Position numbers and translations under genes: made by a program
Notes under the pieces: generated by a model
The model's input: the letters and a program-made list of their open reading frames with translations, nothing else
Database searches by the model: none
Told to the model about the DNA's origin: nothing
Assembly (NCBI GenBank): GCA_010909165.1
Contig: VJWM01000282.1
Location: forward strand, 72,001-136,000
Direction: 5' to 3'
Source of the DNA: Anthoceros angustus
Lineage: Eukaryota; Plantae; Anthocerotophyta
DNA: 64,000 bases
Shown: piece by piece, positions 1-10,232 of the stretch
How positions within the stretch are numbered: the first letter of the stretch is position 1
Layout of the letters: every line of letters starts with the position of its first letter

Positions 1-1750
1 TGCTTCCAATACCAAGTTGTGGGCAAGGATGTGGATGGGCGGGATAAGAAAGCGGATCAAACTTGTCTTCATGGAGACACATCAGAATTTGTTGAGTTCT
101 TCAAGGGCAAGTTGAAGGATTTCATTCTCCATGACTTTGTTCGTGATGGCGGGGAGTTCCATTGCCTAGAGTGGTTTCCATCGATGTGGTTGTCTCGGTT
201 ATGGATTTTTCGAATTACGCATTGGTCCAAGATGAAATCCAGTCCATGCATTGGCGGAATGACCGGTTTCCATCCTCCGTTACGGTTTTCTGAAATGGCC
301 CCTAGATCGACAACCGCAAACATTGAAATACTACCACTTCTACATCGTGACGACCTTGTGCATGACTCTTCGTTCAACCTTTGTTTTGATGAAGCGGTGG
401 ATGTTGGATTCGGGGTTCCCAAGACCTCGGGAGCATTGGTCTTTGGTCGGATGGGCGACAAGTCAATTCAAGGCATGTCGACCTTCATACTTCATCTCCG
501 GTACCCTAGCGGTGGGCGCAACATCTTGTGGTCATACTTTGGGAGTGGCCATGGCAAGGGAGAGCATGATGGTGCGGTGCTATTTTGAAGAGCCCTTAGA
601 GTGAGTCCTCTCCCACGGCGGGGAGGTTGCAAAATCATGGTGATGTTGTCCGATGCAGAACACATTTCTGCTGCACAAGCTCTTATGCATCTGGGCAGCA
701 TGGAGTGCATAGAAGTTTCGTGGCAAGGATGAGGTGAATCGGAGGGTGAAATATGCTTGTGACCCCATACCGGGTCCAAGAAGATGCATAGCCTGTATGG
801 GGCTAGTGTGGCGGATCGAACAGCGAAAATCGCCTGTCTTGTTTTTGCAGTGTATGGAAAGCAACCATGATGCTTGAGAGAGTTCCTCACGCTTTTGGAA
901 TTTAGTTAAGATTAGACCACATCTTTGATGGTCACTCCTCGGATTACGGCAGGCAATTCCTTTACTTAGGGACGCTCTCCTTGCTTCTGGCGCTCGATGA
1001 TGGTGTGGATCTCTCGGTTGGCGGACCTCTTGGAAGTCGGTGACAACTTCATGGTTTTTGCCAATAAAGAAGATGAGGGCCAAGAATTCTACCTTCTGCG
1101 AGGTGAAGCACACGCTTAGCACAAGCCGATCTCGCCCTTGGAGCCGGTCACACATCGGTGAAGTGGTGGTTAGTCGATGTTACATGTTGCGGAAGAATAT
1201 TCGTGTCTGTACCTTGCCTCTAGAAGAGAGCGTGTTCAACGGTGAGTTAGTCAAACTATGCAAGTTTGACATGGTCCATGCAGGATGGTGACGAGTTGTT
1301 ATCGTCCTATCATCGGATGCTCGGCCGTAGTGGACTCCCTTGTGGAGAGAAATGATCGATCCTTAGGTTGTTTTGATGTGGAGTGGTTGTTGTTTTGGTG
1401 TGGAGTGTGCAAAATCTCATTGGACTGGACGGAGATTGTTGGCATGTCATTCCGCTTATCGTTGTTTCCTTGATCCATGAAGATAGCTTGTTTGTATCCA
1501 ATGATGATCCAATAATGCATGGTCGGTGTATAAATTGGAATGCGTTGAGTCGTGGGCACCGGTCATTTTCCAGCTCGAGAGATATTGTGACTTTATAGAG
1601 CGGTAAGTTGTGTCCTTGAACCATGTAGATAATTTCCAACAATGAAATGCATCTGGCGATATGTACGGTTTTTGCAGCTCTTCACAGAGGTGCGCCATTT
1701 GGCACAATGACAAAAGTTTGGAGGAGATCATGAAACATTGAATTCATCTT
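1..1750 (-). pseudogene. pol: Degraded Ty1/copia pol remnant (protease, GAG-pre-integrase, integrase, linker)
   Basis: Frameshifted minus-strand peptides follow copia order: HYWII (protease-like) at ~1520, HRLxH-like, KNHEVVTDFQE...RSDH and HGCFPYTAK (integrase core-like), and KYDHKMLRP..GY (post-integrase LRxFG-like). Similarity is weak and heavily eroded. Confidence 0.6.
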
Positions 1751-1894
1751 GAATTCAACTTCCTTGACCATACACGTGTGGTGGTGGGATGGAGGCATGT
1801 CGGCAAGGGTTGAACAAGATGCGAGACAAGTATGGACGTGGCTTTATATAGCGGCGGTATGTTCCCTTCAAGTTGGTTACATGTGCACTTATAC

Positions 1895-2425
1895 AGTTGT
1901 TCACTTTTCTTGCCATGTGATCCTCGCATGTTCCGTGGTTACATGGGCACTTGTGCATGGCTCACTCTTCTTGCCTTGTGGTCTGGCATGTTCCGTGGTT
2001 ACATGGGCACTTGTATATGGCTCACTCTGTTGCCTTGTGGTCTGGCATGTTCCCATGGTTACATGGGCACTTGATGGGTTCACTTTTGCCATGTGGTCGT
2101 GATATGTTCCAGGTTATATGGGCACTTATACATGGTGTGGCATGGTGTACTTCTCTTGCTATGTGGTCGTGGCATGGTGTACTTGTCTTGCCATGTGGTT
2201 CTGATCCGTGGTTACATGGGCACTTGTGCATTAGTGTACATGTCTTGTCATATTCTGGTCCGTGGTTACATGGGCACTTGTATATTGGTGTACTTGTCTT
2301 GCCATGTAGTTCTGATCCCGTGGTTACATGGGCACTATATTAGTGTACTTGTCTTGCCATGTGGTTACGGTCCCGTGGTTACATGGGCACTTGTATCTTC
2401 TTCTTGTACTTGTCTTGCCATGTGA
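1895..2425. repeat. Tandem minisatellite, ~55-60 bp unit, ~9 copies
   Basis: Core CCGTGGTTACATGGGCACTTGT recurs at ~1933, 1993, 2053, 2110, 2207, 2260, 2318 and 2373, alternating with a GTACTTGTCTTGCCATGTG-type linker. Confidence 0.95.
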
Positions 2426-2429
2426 TCAA

Positions 2430-2686
2430 GGCTTGTTTTACGGTTGCTGCCGTTACATGGCTACTTCAAAGTTAGAGATGCATGTCTTGAGCGTCTTGCA
2501 TCAAGCGGATGCTTATTAACAATGAATATTAGGTTCATGGTGGGCTTATAAAGGATGGTTACGAGGGGTGTGTCCTTTCACTAGCAGCTAGTTAACTAAC
2601 TACCAACTAGCTGAGTCTAGTTTGACTAATCCACATTGGGTCAGTCTAGTCCTTAACCAACATGCACTATTTCTAACTCTCCCTCT
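2430..2686 (-). mobile_element. Probable PPT and start of the 3' LTR of the copia at 2790-3985
   Basis: The minus strand reads AGAGGGAGAG (2686-2677), then TTAGAAATAGTG..., just after the RNase H end. It is AT-rich with TATAAG near 2550. The distal LTR end is not defined. Confidence 0.55.
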
Positions 2687-2789
2687 CGGACACGTTGAGT
2701 TATCGAGATCTCCTTAAAACAAAGGAGACCACTCGTTGTCAGTCTTGCAATGTGCTGATCTTCCACTACTTTGTCTCAACTCGCGGTGT

Positions 2790-3985
2790 ACTCCCTCATG
2801 GCGGCTCACAGTGACTCCGAGTAGTACACGGTTGTGGCGGGCGAAGCAAATATGCGCAGCTGTCAACTTCAAGTGATGGAACAAAAGATGATAAGCCTCA
2901 CCATATGGTGACTTGTCTAGCGTCATAAAGCTACTACGGTCTACTAATCCAAGCCCTTCTCTTGTGGCGGTGTTTAAACTTGGGCAAGGATTTGGTCGGC
3001 TTTGCTATGTTGTATGCATTGGTACATCTGTACCTTTACTATTCCCCTTTCTGCAGCATCACGAATATAGTGATGTTGAATCTCTATGTGTTTCGTGCGT
3101 GCATGGAACACGGGGTTAGCAACTAAAGCAATTGCTGACATATTATCACAGTTAAGTATTGTTGGCCCTTCCTGCGTCATACCCAGATCCTCACATAGCT
3201 TCCTTTCCCATTCAGCCTCTTTGGTGGCTTCAGTGAGAGCCTTGTACTCCGATTCTGTTGATGAAAGTGATATGGCTGCTTGTTTTCTACAAGACCAATT
3301 AACAACGATGGAGCAGAAAGCAATATCTTTGAGATACTTTTCGGTGTCGTCGTCCAAGCCCAATCTGCATCGACATAACATGTAAGTAGGAGGCGCTTCT
3401 TTCCGCTAGGTTTGTAGCATAGGCCATAATTTTGAGTACCCTTGAGGTACGCATGATGCGTTTGAGAGCAACCAGTGATCCCTCCTGGATTCTCGAGAGG
3501 CGAGCAACATTCACGGTGTTTGAGATGTCGGTCTTGTCGATTACTCAAGAACATGAGAGTGCCAACTCCCATGCGGTAGAGCAGATCTCCATCTCCTTCT
3601 TGTCCTCTTGCGAGGCGGGGCGGATGAGCTTAACACCGGCACTGGTGTAGCCCGTCATGCGTTCTCCAAGTTGAATCGTTTTAGCATACCATATATCGTC
3701 CTTGATGAAGATAAATAGCTCCAGTGCTATCTCTATGTACATGCATTCCAAGAATATATTTAACTTTGCGAGATCCTTCATCTCGAATTCTTTGCTCAAA
3801 TCGACTTTTATCTTGTTGATTCAACATTATTGCTGGAATAACTAAGTCATCGACATATAGGGCAACAAGTACAAGTGAGCTATCTGAGAAGTACATAGAT
3901 GTTAGTATCGCTTCACTTTGAGAATCCCAACTTCTTGAGATAAGAATCCATTCTCTCGTACCATAAGCGTGGGCTTTGCTTAACA
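2790..3985 (-). pseudogene. pol: Ty1/copia reverse transcriptase and RNase H remnant
   Basis: LKQSPRLWYE at ~3980, LVALYVDDL (RVT_2 YVDD motif), YVDADWA, and ORF 2974-3381 SCRKQAAISLSSTESEYKAL...CDNMSAIALVANPVFHARTKHIEIQHHYIRD. Confidence 0.95.
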
Positions 3986-4067
3986 ACACAGTATGATGTT
4001 CAGCAATTAACGTTGCCATCATCACCCTACGGGATGTGCCTATGGCATTGACACCGCCAACTTCACC
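3980..4067 (+). repeat. Direct repeat R copy 1 (partner at 5583-5673)
   Basis: The 59-bp core 4009-4067 is identical to 5615-5673. Both copies begin at TTAACAAC. Confidence 0.95.
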
Positions 4068-4499
4068 CTAAACCCTAATTTTGTTGGGTCCATGGGGCAG
4101 TGCATAGCGGGTCCCACGCTTACCTATCTCTATTACAAGGCTCAGACGGTAGTAGCGAGACTTCACCTCTTGCGTGAGCGAGAGTCCATGCGAGGTTCAA
4201 GAAAGGTCCCGCAACAAGTTTTCCCGCTTTTCCTTCTTCATGAATGCATCGGAGGCATTTGAGTGCCTCACACCACCAATCTAGATTGGTTGGCGATTCT
4301 GAGGCACAACTTTCTGTTGCACATCCATTTCCTCTTCTTACATTGCTGCAACACGCTTGCTGGGAGGGCACGATTTGACATTATAGGCAAGAGTTATGCT
4401 CTCTGTTTCATAGGCATAAAGCTTGAGGGCTTCGTGACCATACCCTCCTATATTTGCATTCCATGTCATCCATGTTGCTCTGGTGGATGCATTGGGAGG

Positions 4500-5580
4500 T
4501 ATCATCCACCCGACACGCCAACGCCAATCCTACCTTGAGATCCTTCCTCCTCCAAGCTCCTTCCCGTGACCAGGAATAACTCTTGACCAAGCTTGAATAA
4601 AATATCCTTCCTCAATCCACAGCAAGGCGAATGGTTGCTCGAACACCGCACGACATCCCATAACTTGCCACATTACGCACACACATCACTCGCGGTTCCA
4701 CCAATCAAATCGACTCCTAGTACATCTTTACGAATCACACTTTTTCACAATGCAATCTCCACGGATATTACGGGTCATGACAGTAGCACGTCACCATCGG
4801 CTCCAGCCCAGTCCTCAAATGTTACGGTACCCCTTTCTCACCGTGCAAGCATGGGCCGCTTGCCCGAAATAGATCCTTCTTACACACATTTCTTGAATTG
4901 CGTAAAAGATAGATTTGAAATACAGCAGTCATGTTGCACCGTAACTTCCAAAGCCTCAACGGCCCTCAGGAGGCGGCCCAAATGACATAGCTTGCTCACG
5001 GTTTCAGCCGTAACGCCACTCTCCACACCTGCAGACCTATCCACAGCAGCAAGATATTCCATTGGATGGGCTGGCTTCTGGTCTATTTGATCATGAGTGT
5101 GACCAACCAAGAGGAATCCCACCTTCACTTTTTCAAACGTGCCCATATCAACGAGCATGTTCAGATATGCAAATAATAGCTGATTCTTGTTCTCCCGACA
5201 TGTATTATCAAGTTGCAAGTACAAAACTTTGGGCAGCACACCATCATAGTTGTGGATGACATCTTGAATGACGCTGATAGTCAAATTGGCATCATTCCGA
5301 GGTTGGCGTAGTGCAAAACGCTCGGCTTTGTGGGTGTAGTTGTGGATCATGCAACCAACCACGTGAGCATCGACGATGCGTTCTTCATCTAGATTTTGGG
5401 CCACCTCAACATGTGGTATCTACATCTTCTTACGGGTCCATGCCATGATACATAGTAACGTATACTTATGTGGTTCCACATAACTCTTGCTCAGTGTTTT
5501 GTCATCTTACCTTGTTGCTAAAAGGCGCTCATGATGATCAAACACCATAGTATGAGTCCCTTTAAAGATGACAACTTCAA
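4500..5580 (-). pseudogene. DDE transposase remnant, Sola-like/DUF7869-type
   Basis: ORF 4880-5404 contains HVVGCMIH...NDANLTI...LYLQLDNTCRENKNQLLFAYLNMLVDMGTFEKVKVGFLLVGHTHDQIDQ. The same frame continues upstream through stops (EPHKYTLLCIMAW...IPH). Confidence 0.8.
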
Positions 5581-5582
5581 GG

Positions 5583-5673
5583 TTAACAACCGCGATTATG
5601 ATGTCCGGCCAATCAACGTTGCCATCATCACCCTACGGGATGTGCCTATGGCATTGACACCGCCAACTTCACC
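5583..5673 (+). repeat. Direct repeat R copy 2
   Basis: Identical 59-bp core to 4009-4067. Confidence 0.95.
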
Positions 5674-6194
5674 TTCCTCACCCCCTTGCCCCCCCCTCTC
5701 CCTATGATCGACCACAAAGGATGTAATGGGAGGAACATATTTGTCGAGGCATTTCCAAATGCGGAAGGCGGGATCGAGAACAAGCGAAGCGTCCGCCTCG
5801 CGGATCATCCGATTGGGTCGCCCGCAGTCGGGGCAGGGTGGGGTCATGGTAGCAGAAGGCGGAACCAAAGGCATCGTGACCGGCGGCCAGAGATAGGGGG
5901 AGGGAGTAAGATGGTAAGTGGTGATTAGAGCACCTGTAGGCTGGCCACCCGCCGAATAGGAGTGTAATAAAGGCGCCGACCTTGGGCGTGGTATAAGAAG
6001 GGGCGGAGTTGCTCTAGTAGAAATATCTTTCTCTTGGTGTGGATAGCGTTTCCCTTCAGGAACACTGCTCGACGTTGGGCTGCGTGGTGATCGGCGGTAG
6101 TACCACCACATCCTCCTCTCCGGCCTTTGGTGGGTCCCACACAGGACCACATAGGTTGTTGCTCCTCCTGAGCACGTGGGGATGACTCCTCTCT

Positions 6195-6365
6195 CCTCCA
6201 CGAGTCGGGCCTCGGGTCCGGGCCTCGGTCCGGTCTCAACTCGGGTCCGATCTTGAGTCGGTCTTATTCAGTCGGACCTCGGGGTCGGTCTCGTCTGATT
6301 CGGACCTCAGGTCCAGACCTTCTGAGTCCGGTCCTCAAGTCCGGACCCCCAACCCCGGACCGCCT
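6195..6365. repeat. Degenerate ~12-bp GC-rich tandem repeat (GGACCCGAGGCC-like) inside element B
   Basis: Recurrent CTCGGGTCCG / CTCGGTCCGG / GTCCGGACC units. Confidence 0.6.
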
Positions 6366-6471
6366 CTGTTGGGGCCGAGTCCTCTCCGGTCCCCTTCACG
6401 GCAGGTCGGTTGGTTTCCTCCTCCCCCCACCCCTTTGGGGCCCTCGTCCCTATCCTCCACTGGTTGCGGAC

Positions 6472-7116
6472 TTACCTCGAGGCCGTTACATTGGCGCGTC
6501 CCTCACTGGGCTCTTCTCCACCCACTGATGCCACCAAACAAGGCCACCAAGGCCCTGATCTGTCCCCATGCCCTTCTTCCTTCCACCCTCGGCCCCCGGG
6601 AGGTCCGGTCCGATTGCTGGTGGGAAGCTTCAGCGCCTTGAGGAGCTTAGCGTGGTAGTAGGCAAAATCCGAGTCAATTTGCTGGATTGCCTCCTCCACA
6701 TGCGCCCGGAGCACCCGATACTCCCTTCGCCATAGGTGCTCGGGGAGCTGAGCGTGTTGTCCGGCTTGCTGGTCCGTCTCTCCTACCAGGTTTGTCAGTT
6801 GGAGCCGGGCAGAATCTCGCGAGGCCACAAGGGAGGCCTCCGTTACTTCCTGCAACCGCCGCTGTTGCTCCACCTGCTCCAGCTCCCGTCGTTTGCCTTC
6901 GGCCGCCACTTCCCGCCATGATGCGGCGCCCTCCGCCTTCCTCAAGCTGGACTGCAGCTTCTTTTCTGCGTCCAAGGCCCTTGCTCCTCCGTTCATCTTG
7001 GCACGGCTCGCCATCTCCCTCCAGGCGGTCGGCAACTCTGCCCGGTTGGCGCCGTCCAAGTCCTCTCCATTTCGACGTCTGCTCCTTGTTCCACCGCCTC
7101 TTACCTCTTGCGCCAA
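6472..7116 (-). CDS. Coiled-coil ORF segment of element B
   Basis: 214-aa ORF rich in E/Q/R/A heptads (ALDAEKKLQSSLRKAE...KRRELEQVEQQRRLQEVTEASL...IQQIDSDFAYYHAKLLKAL). Probably the C-terminal part of one longer frameshifted ORF. Confidence 0.55.
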   Translation of the reverse strand: MAQEVRGGGTRSRRRNGEDLDGANRAELPTAWREMASRAKMNGGARALDAEKKLQSSLRKAEGAASWREVAAEGKRRELEQVEQQRRLQEVTEASLVASRDSARLQLTNLVGETDQQAGQHAQLPEHLWRREYRVLRAHVEEAIQQIDSDFAYYHAKLLKALKLPTSNRTGPPGGRGWKEEGHGDRSGPWWPCLVASVGGEEPSEGRANVTASR

Positions 7117-8365
7117 TGAGCTGGAGTCGCTCTATCTCCTTCGTGATCCGCGATCACGCGAAACCCCGTTCCGCTCGATTGTATCTTGCTGACTCAAGGT
7201 CTCAAGGTCTTCCATCTCCTGCACTTGTTCCTCCACTTCCATGGCCCGGAGATCCTCCATCTCCTTGTTTACAGCCTCCTTCTCTTACCTGCACACGGTG
7301 GCCCATTTTGCTCGCCTCCGCCTTGCTCGCCTTGTATTTGTCCTGTCTCCCTCCACTTGGTTTGATCCGCGGTAGTGATCACGTTGGTTTAGCCAGCAGC
7401 TTCCGCCTCCGCTTTTTCACCACGAGCCTCCAGCCAGGTGTTGTTCTGTAGCCGCCTCGGCTGGTCTCGACACTCCGCTCCCCTGCCTCCCGGCTCCCCT
7501 AGCCTTCCTCCGCTGGAGAGGTCCGCACTTGGCCTCCTTGCGCTCTGCTTTCACTGTCGCACAGCATGACTTTGGTCCGATCACGAATAGACCGGACCTC
7601 CGTTACGCCTTCCGGCGGCTTCCTCCTCGATTCAAGCGAGGATTACGCCTTCTTCTTGGCCTCACAGGCGCCCACCGCTCTTGGAGGAGCACCATGCGCC
7701 TCTGGTTGCCTCCACCTCACAGGTCTTCTCTGCGTCCCGAGACCCCAGGCATTCCGTCCATGATGGTTGCCAGACTCCGCCGTGTCTCTTCCAGCCACGG
7801 CGCGGGCCAGAAGTCCGTCGTGGGTGAGCATCACCCCTAAGGACCGCCCGGGATCATGGTCCGAGTGAGTCGACTTGGCTCGGGACTAATGTCAGGACCT
7901 CGTGTCCTGGGTGCCTGGTCCGGCCCTTCCACTTCCTTGGCCCGCTTGGCGCTGGCTCATCGCCCGCCGTCTTCGCTTGGGCTGGGTGGCGGCGAGGGGT
8001 CCGAGCGTTTCCCTCTCTCCGTCGGAGCAGGATGGCCCGGATGTGGCTTCCTTCAGGTGCTGGCCCGCCTCACAGGCGGCGTCCCTCTGCCCTCCTTATT
8101 GCTTCCTCCGCCTCACACTGGTAGGTAGAGGCACCTCGGCGCTCCTTGGCCACAGGGAGCCACCTCACCTCTTGACATTTCTTGGGTCTCGGTGTGGCTC
8201 AGCCGGCTGGGGCATGGTGGCTGGTTGGTGGGCGCGCGGCGCCAACTCCCTTCCCGTGGGTGCTCCGTCCGACGGGCACCTCGCCTCCGGGAACGAAGGG
8301 AGGCGGGATATCCTCCCATACCTCTCTGGGCGAGGGGTCCGTTCAGGATGGGTCAATCCTCCCAA

Positions 8366-9118
8366 TCATCTTCCTCCGGGCTCGTTTGGCCTTAGGAGGT
8401 CGGGCCTCGCCTCTCGGCGCCCGCCTTCCATCTGCCTCCCGTGAGCCGCCAGCCCTTCTGCGGCCGCTCCTCTTCTCCCTCCTTGAGGAGGTTGAGGTGT
8501 CCCCACACATGGATGAGGAAGGGGCAGTCTTGTGGCGGGCCTGACTTCCATCCGTAGCTTCTGGCCTCTGGCCCGGTCCGGGCGAGGATGATATGCCCCC
8601 AGTCGGCCCGTTAGCGTGGGTGTCGGTGAGGCGGATAAATTGAAAGAATGGATCATTGCGAGAATGTCTGGTAAAGGTATCCTCAGAAAAGCTGTAATTC
8701 TCCGAATTGCCTCAGATTGATGTTGCAGAGCTTCAGAAATCACTGCAATTTTGTCAAGAGCTGCTTCAAGTCTGACGCCAATGTTTGAGGTTTTGCGCAA
8801 CACCAAGACCTGTAAATCCCTGAGTCGATCAGACTCCAGGGCAAGGTATGATTGGTTGAAGATGAGTTCCTCGTCGTCGTCGTCAGTTTGGTACACTCTT
8901 ACAATTCTTCGTAGGAGCCGGCGATCTGCGTGGCAGGAGCACAGACACGCGTCGAGCTCTGGGTGGGCGTTGGGGCCACGTGATTCAAGCTCTTCACCAC
9001 GGCCTTGTGGAGCCGTGCGTGGGCCAGATCTAGATGAGGTAGTATGTGAAACTGTAGAAAGCACGAGGCCTCGGCTTCTCCTACCGGTTGGCCTTGATCT
9101 GCGTTCAACTGGCGTCAT
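8366..9118 (-). CDS. First ORF downstream of the element B PBS (helical/coiled-coil, not gag-like)
   Basis: 250-aa ORF starting ~225 nt after the PBS, containing YQTDDDDEELIFNQSYLALESDRLRDLQVLVL...LEAALDKIAVISEALQHQSEAIRRITAFL. Confidence 0.55.
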   Translation of the reverse strand: MTPVERRSRPTGRRSRGLVLSTVSHTTSSRSGPRTAPQGRGEELESRGPNAHPELDACLCSCHADRRLLRRIVRVYQTDDDDEELIFNQSYLALESDRLRDLQVLVLRKTSNIGVRLEAALDKIAVISEALQHQSEAIRRITAFLRIPLPDILAMIHSFNLSASPTPTLTGRLGAYHPRPDRARGQKLRMEVRPATRLPLPHPCVGTPQPPQGGRRGAAAEGLAAHGRQMEGGRREARPDLLRPNEPGGR

Positions 9119-9343
9119 GTCGATGCTCTCTACGGACCGGACATAGACTTTCTAGTACAGCCCAATTTCTCTTATGCTAACCATCCTGTGCAGGTGATGG
9201 AGTAGGAGATTCAACATAGCTCGGAGTGCAATCTGGATGCACTCTAAATTGCGTTGAGAACCCTATTTCATCAGATGTACAGTATGCAACATAGAGATTA
9301 GATTAGAATGAATCTAGAGGCGGCATGGATCATAGAGCCTAGT

Positions 9344-9355
9344 GCTCTGATACCA
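9344..9355 (-). promoter_or_regulatory. Primer-binding site (tRNA-iMet) of element B
   Basis: Plus-strand GCTCTGATACCA is the reverse complement of TGGTATCAGAGC. Confidence 0.95.
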
Positions 9356-9524
9356 TGTGAATAAAGCGGAAGCTTGCTTACAAAACAAAAAGTTGTAAAC
9401 AAAATGAATTGATTAAATTACAAAACTTGTATGTGTTTAAATGCTTGTCCAAGTGACTATTACGTTAAACCTAAGACATATCAGTGCTCGGCGGTTAATG
9501 CGTTAGGGTAAATAACCCTTAACA
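9356..9524 (-). repeat. Element B 5' LTR, copy 1 (169 bp)
   Basis: TG...CA ends, adjacent PBS, second copy at 17570-17742. Confidence 0.9.
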
Positions 9525-10232
9525 CTGGTCAAGTGATAGCTTCATGCACCGCAGCTCCTGGGTGGAGCGAGGCTTACGGTGTCGGATCTGGAATCGATGC
9601 AAAACCTCGCAATATACTTGGCTTGATGAAGGCATAAGAAGAGTATCATCAAGATGGCGCTGAAGTTGAACTCTCAGGAAGCGGTGGTGCCCCAATATCC
9701 TTCATAATGAATTTTTGGTGCAACATGTCTTTGACCCATTATAACAAAACCGGATTGTTTGATGCGAGATGGCATAGTCAACATATAAGCGAGCAGCAGA
9801 TTTACCATCTGGGGTAGAAATATACGTTTGCATCACGGGATTACGAATCGAGCAATAGATTTAAGAGTACTTATCAATGGTCTTATACCATTCCCGTGTT
9901 ACTTCAAACCGTGAGATGGTCTTCTTGAGATGAGACCCAATCCAGTGCTCGGGGTCCAACAAAACCGCTGTGACATATAGATATCCTCTTCGATTCACCA
10001 TACGGAAGGCGGTACATCCATCCTGTCTGGAGATCCCGGGCATTGGCGATAGAGCAAGGATCATGCGGATGGGATTTAGCAGGCTGAAAGTTTCAGTGAA
10101 ATCTATTCCAGGAACCTGGGTAAAACCCATGGCAACAAGCCGAGACTTATATCTGGCAATCGTGCCCTGGGCATTCAACTTATGCTTGAAGACCCATTTA
10201 CAGCTTACAACCTTCCTATCCTTGGGCAAGGG
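9525..10232 (-). pseudogene. pol: Copia-1 RT segment (duplication unit 1)
   Basis: PLPKDRKVVSCKWVFKHKLNAQGTIARYKSRLVAMGFTQVPGIDFTETFS within ORF 9861-10286. Confidence 0.92.

Larger units (their letters stand above)
5700..9524 (-). mobile_element. Element B: LTR retroelement with 169-bp LTR and iMet PBS, no gag/pol, 3' LTR absent
   Basis: The minus-strand LTR runs TGTTAAGGG...TTATTCACA (9524-9356) and is followed directly by PBS TGGTATCAGAGC (9355-9344). It is inserted in the Copia-1 RT right after LSLDQ. The internal region encodes frameshifted coiled-coil peptides. The left boundary is approximate. Confidence 0.75.

Noticed and set aside
1895-2425. CRISPR-like array with a conserved ~20-nt core
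   Set aside because: The linkers are homologous to each other, so this is a minisatellite.
2790-3985. That this RT-RH is the missing remainder of Copia-1 beyond element B
   Set aside because: It overlaps Copia-1 RT positions (LKQS...WY to KLS) with a different sequence and lacks the expected junction, so it is a separate element.
3995-4030. C/D-box snoRNA in repeat R (GTGATGA...CTGA on the minus strand)
   Set aside because: The boxes are only ~26 nt apart, and the D box is absent from the second copy.
4066-4078. Telomeric repeat CCCTAAACCCTAA as a chromosome-healing scar
   Set aside because: Under two full units; this is a common telo-box-sized match expected by chance.
5674-5702. PPT of element B (AGGGAGAGGGGGGGCAAGGGGG on the minus strand)
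   Set aside because: The sequence following it does not match the B LTR, and it lies within a GGQGGEEGE reading frame.
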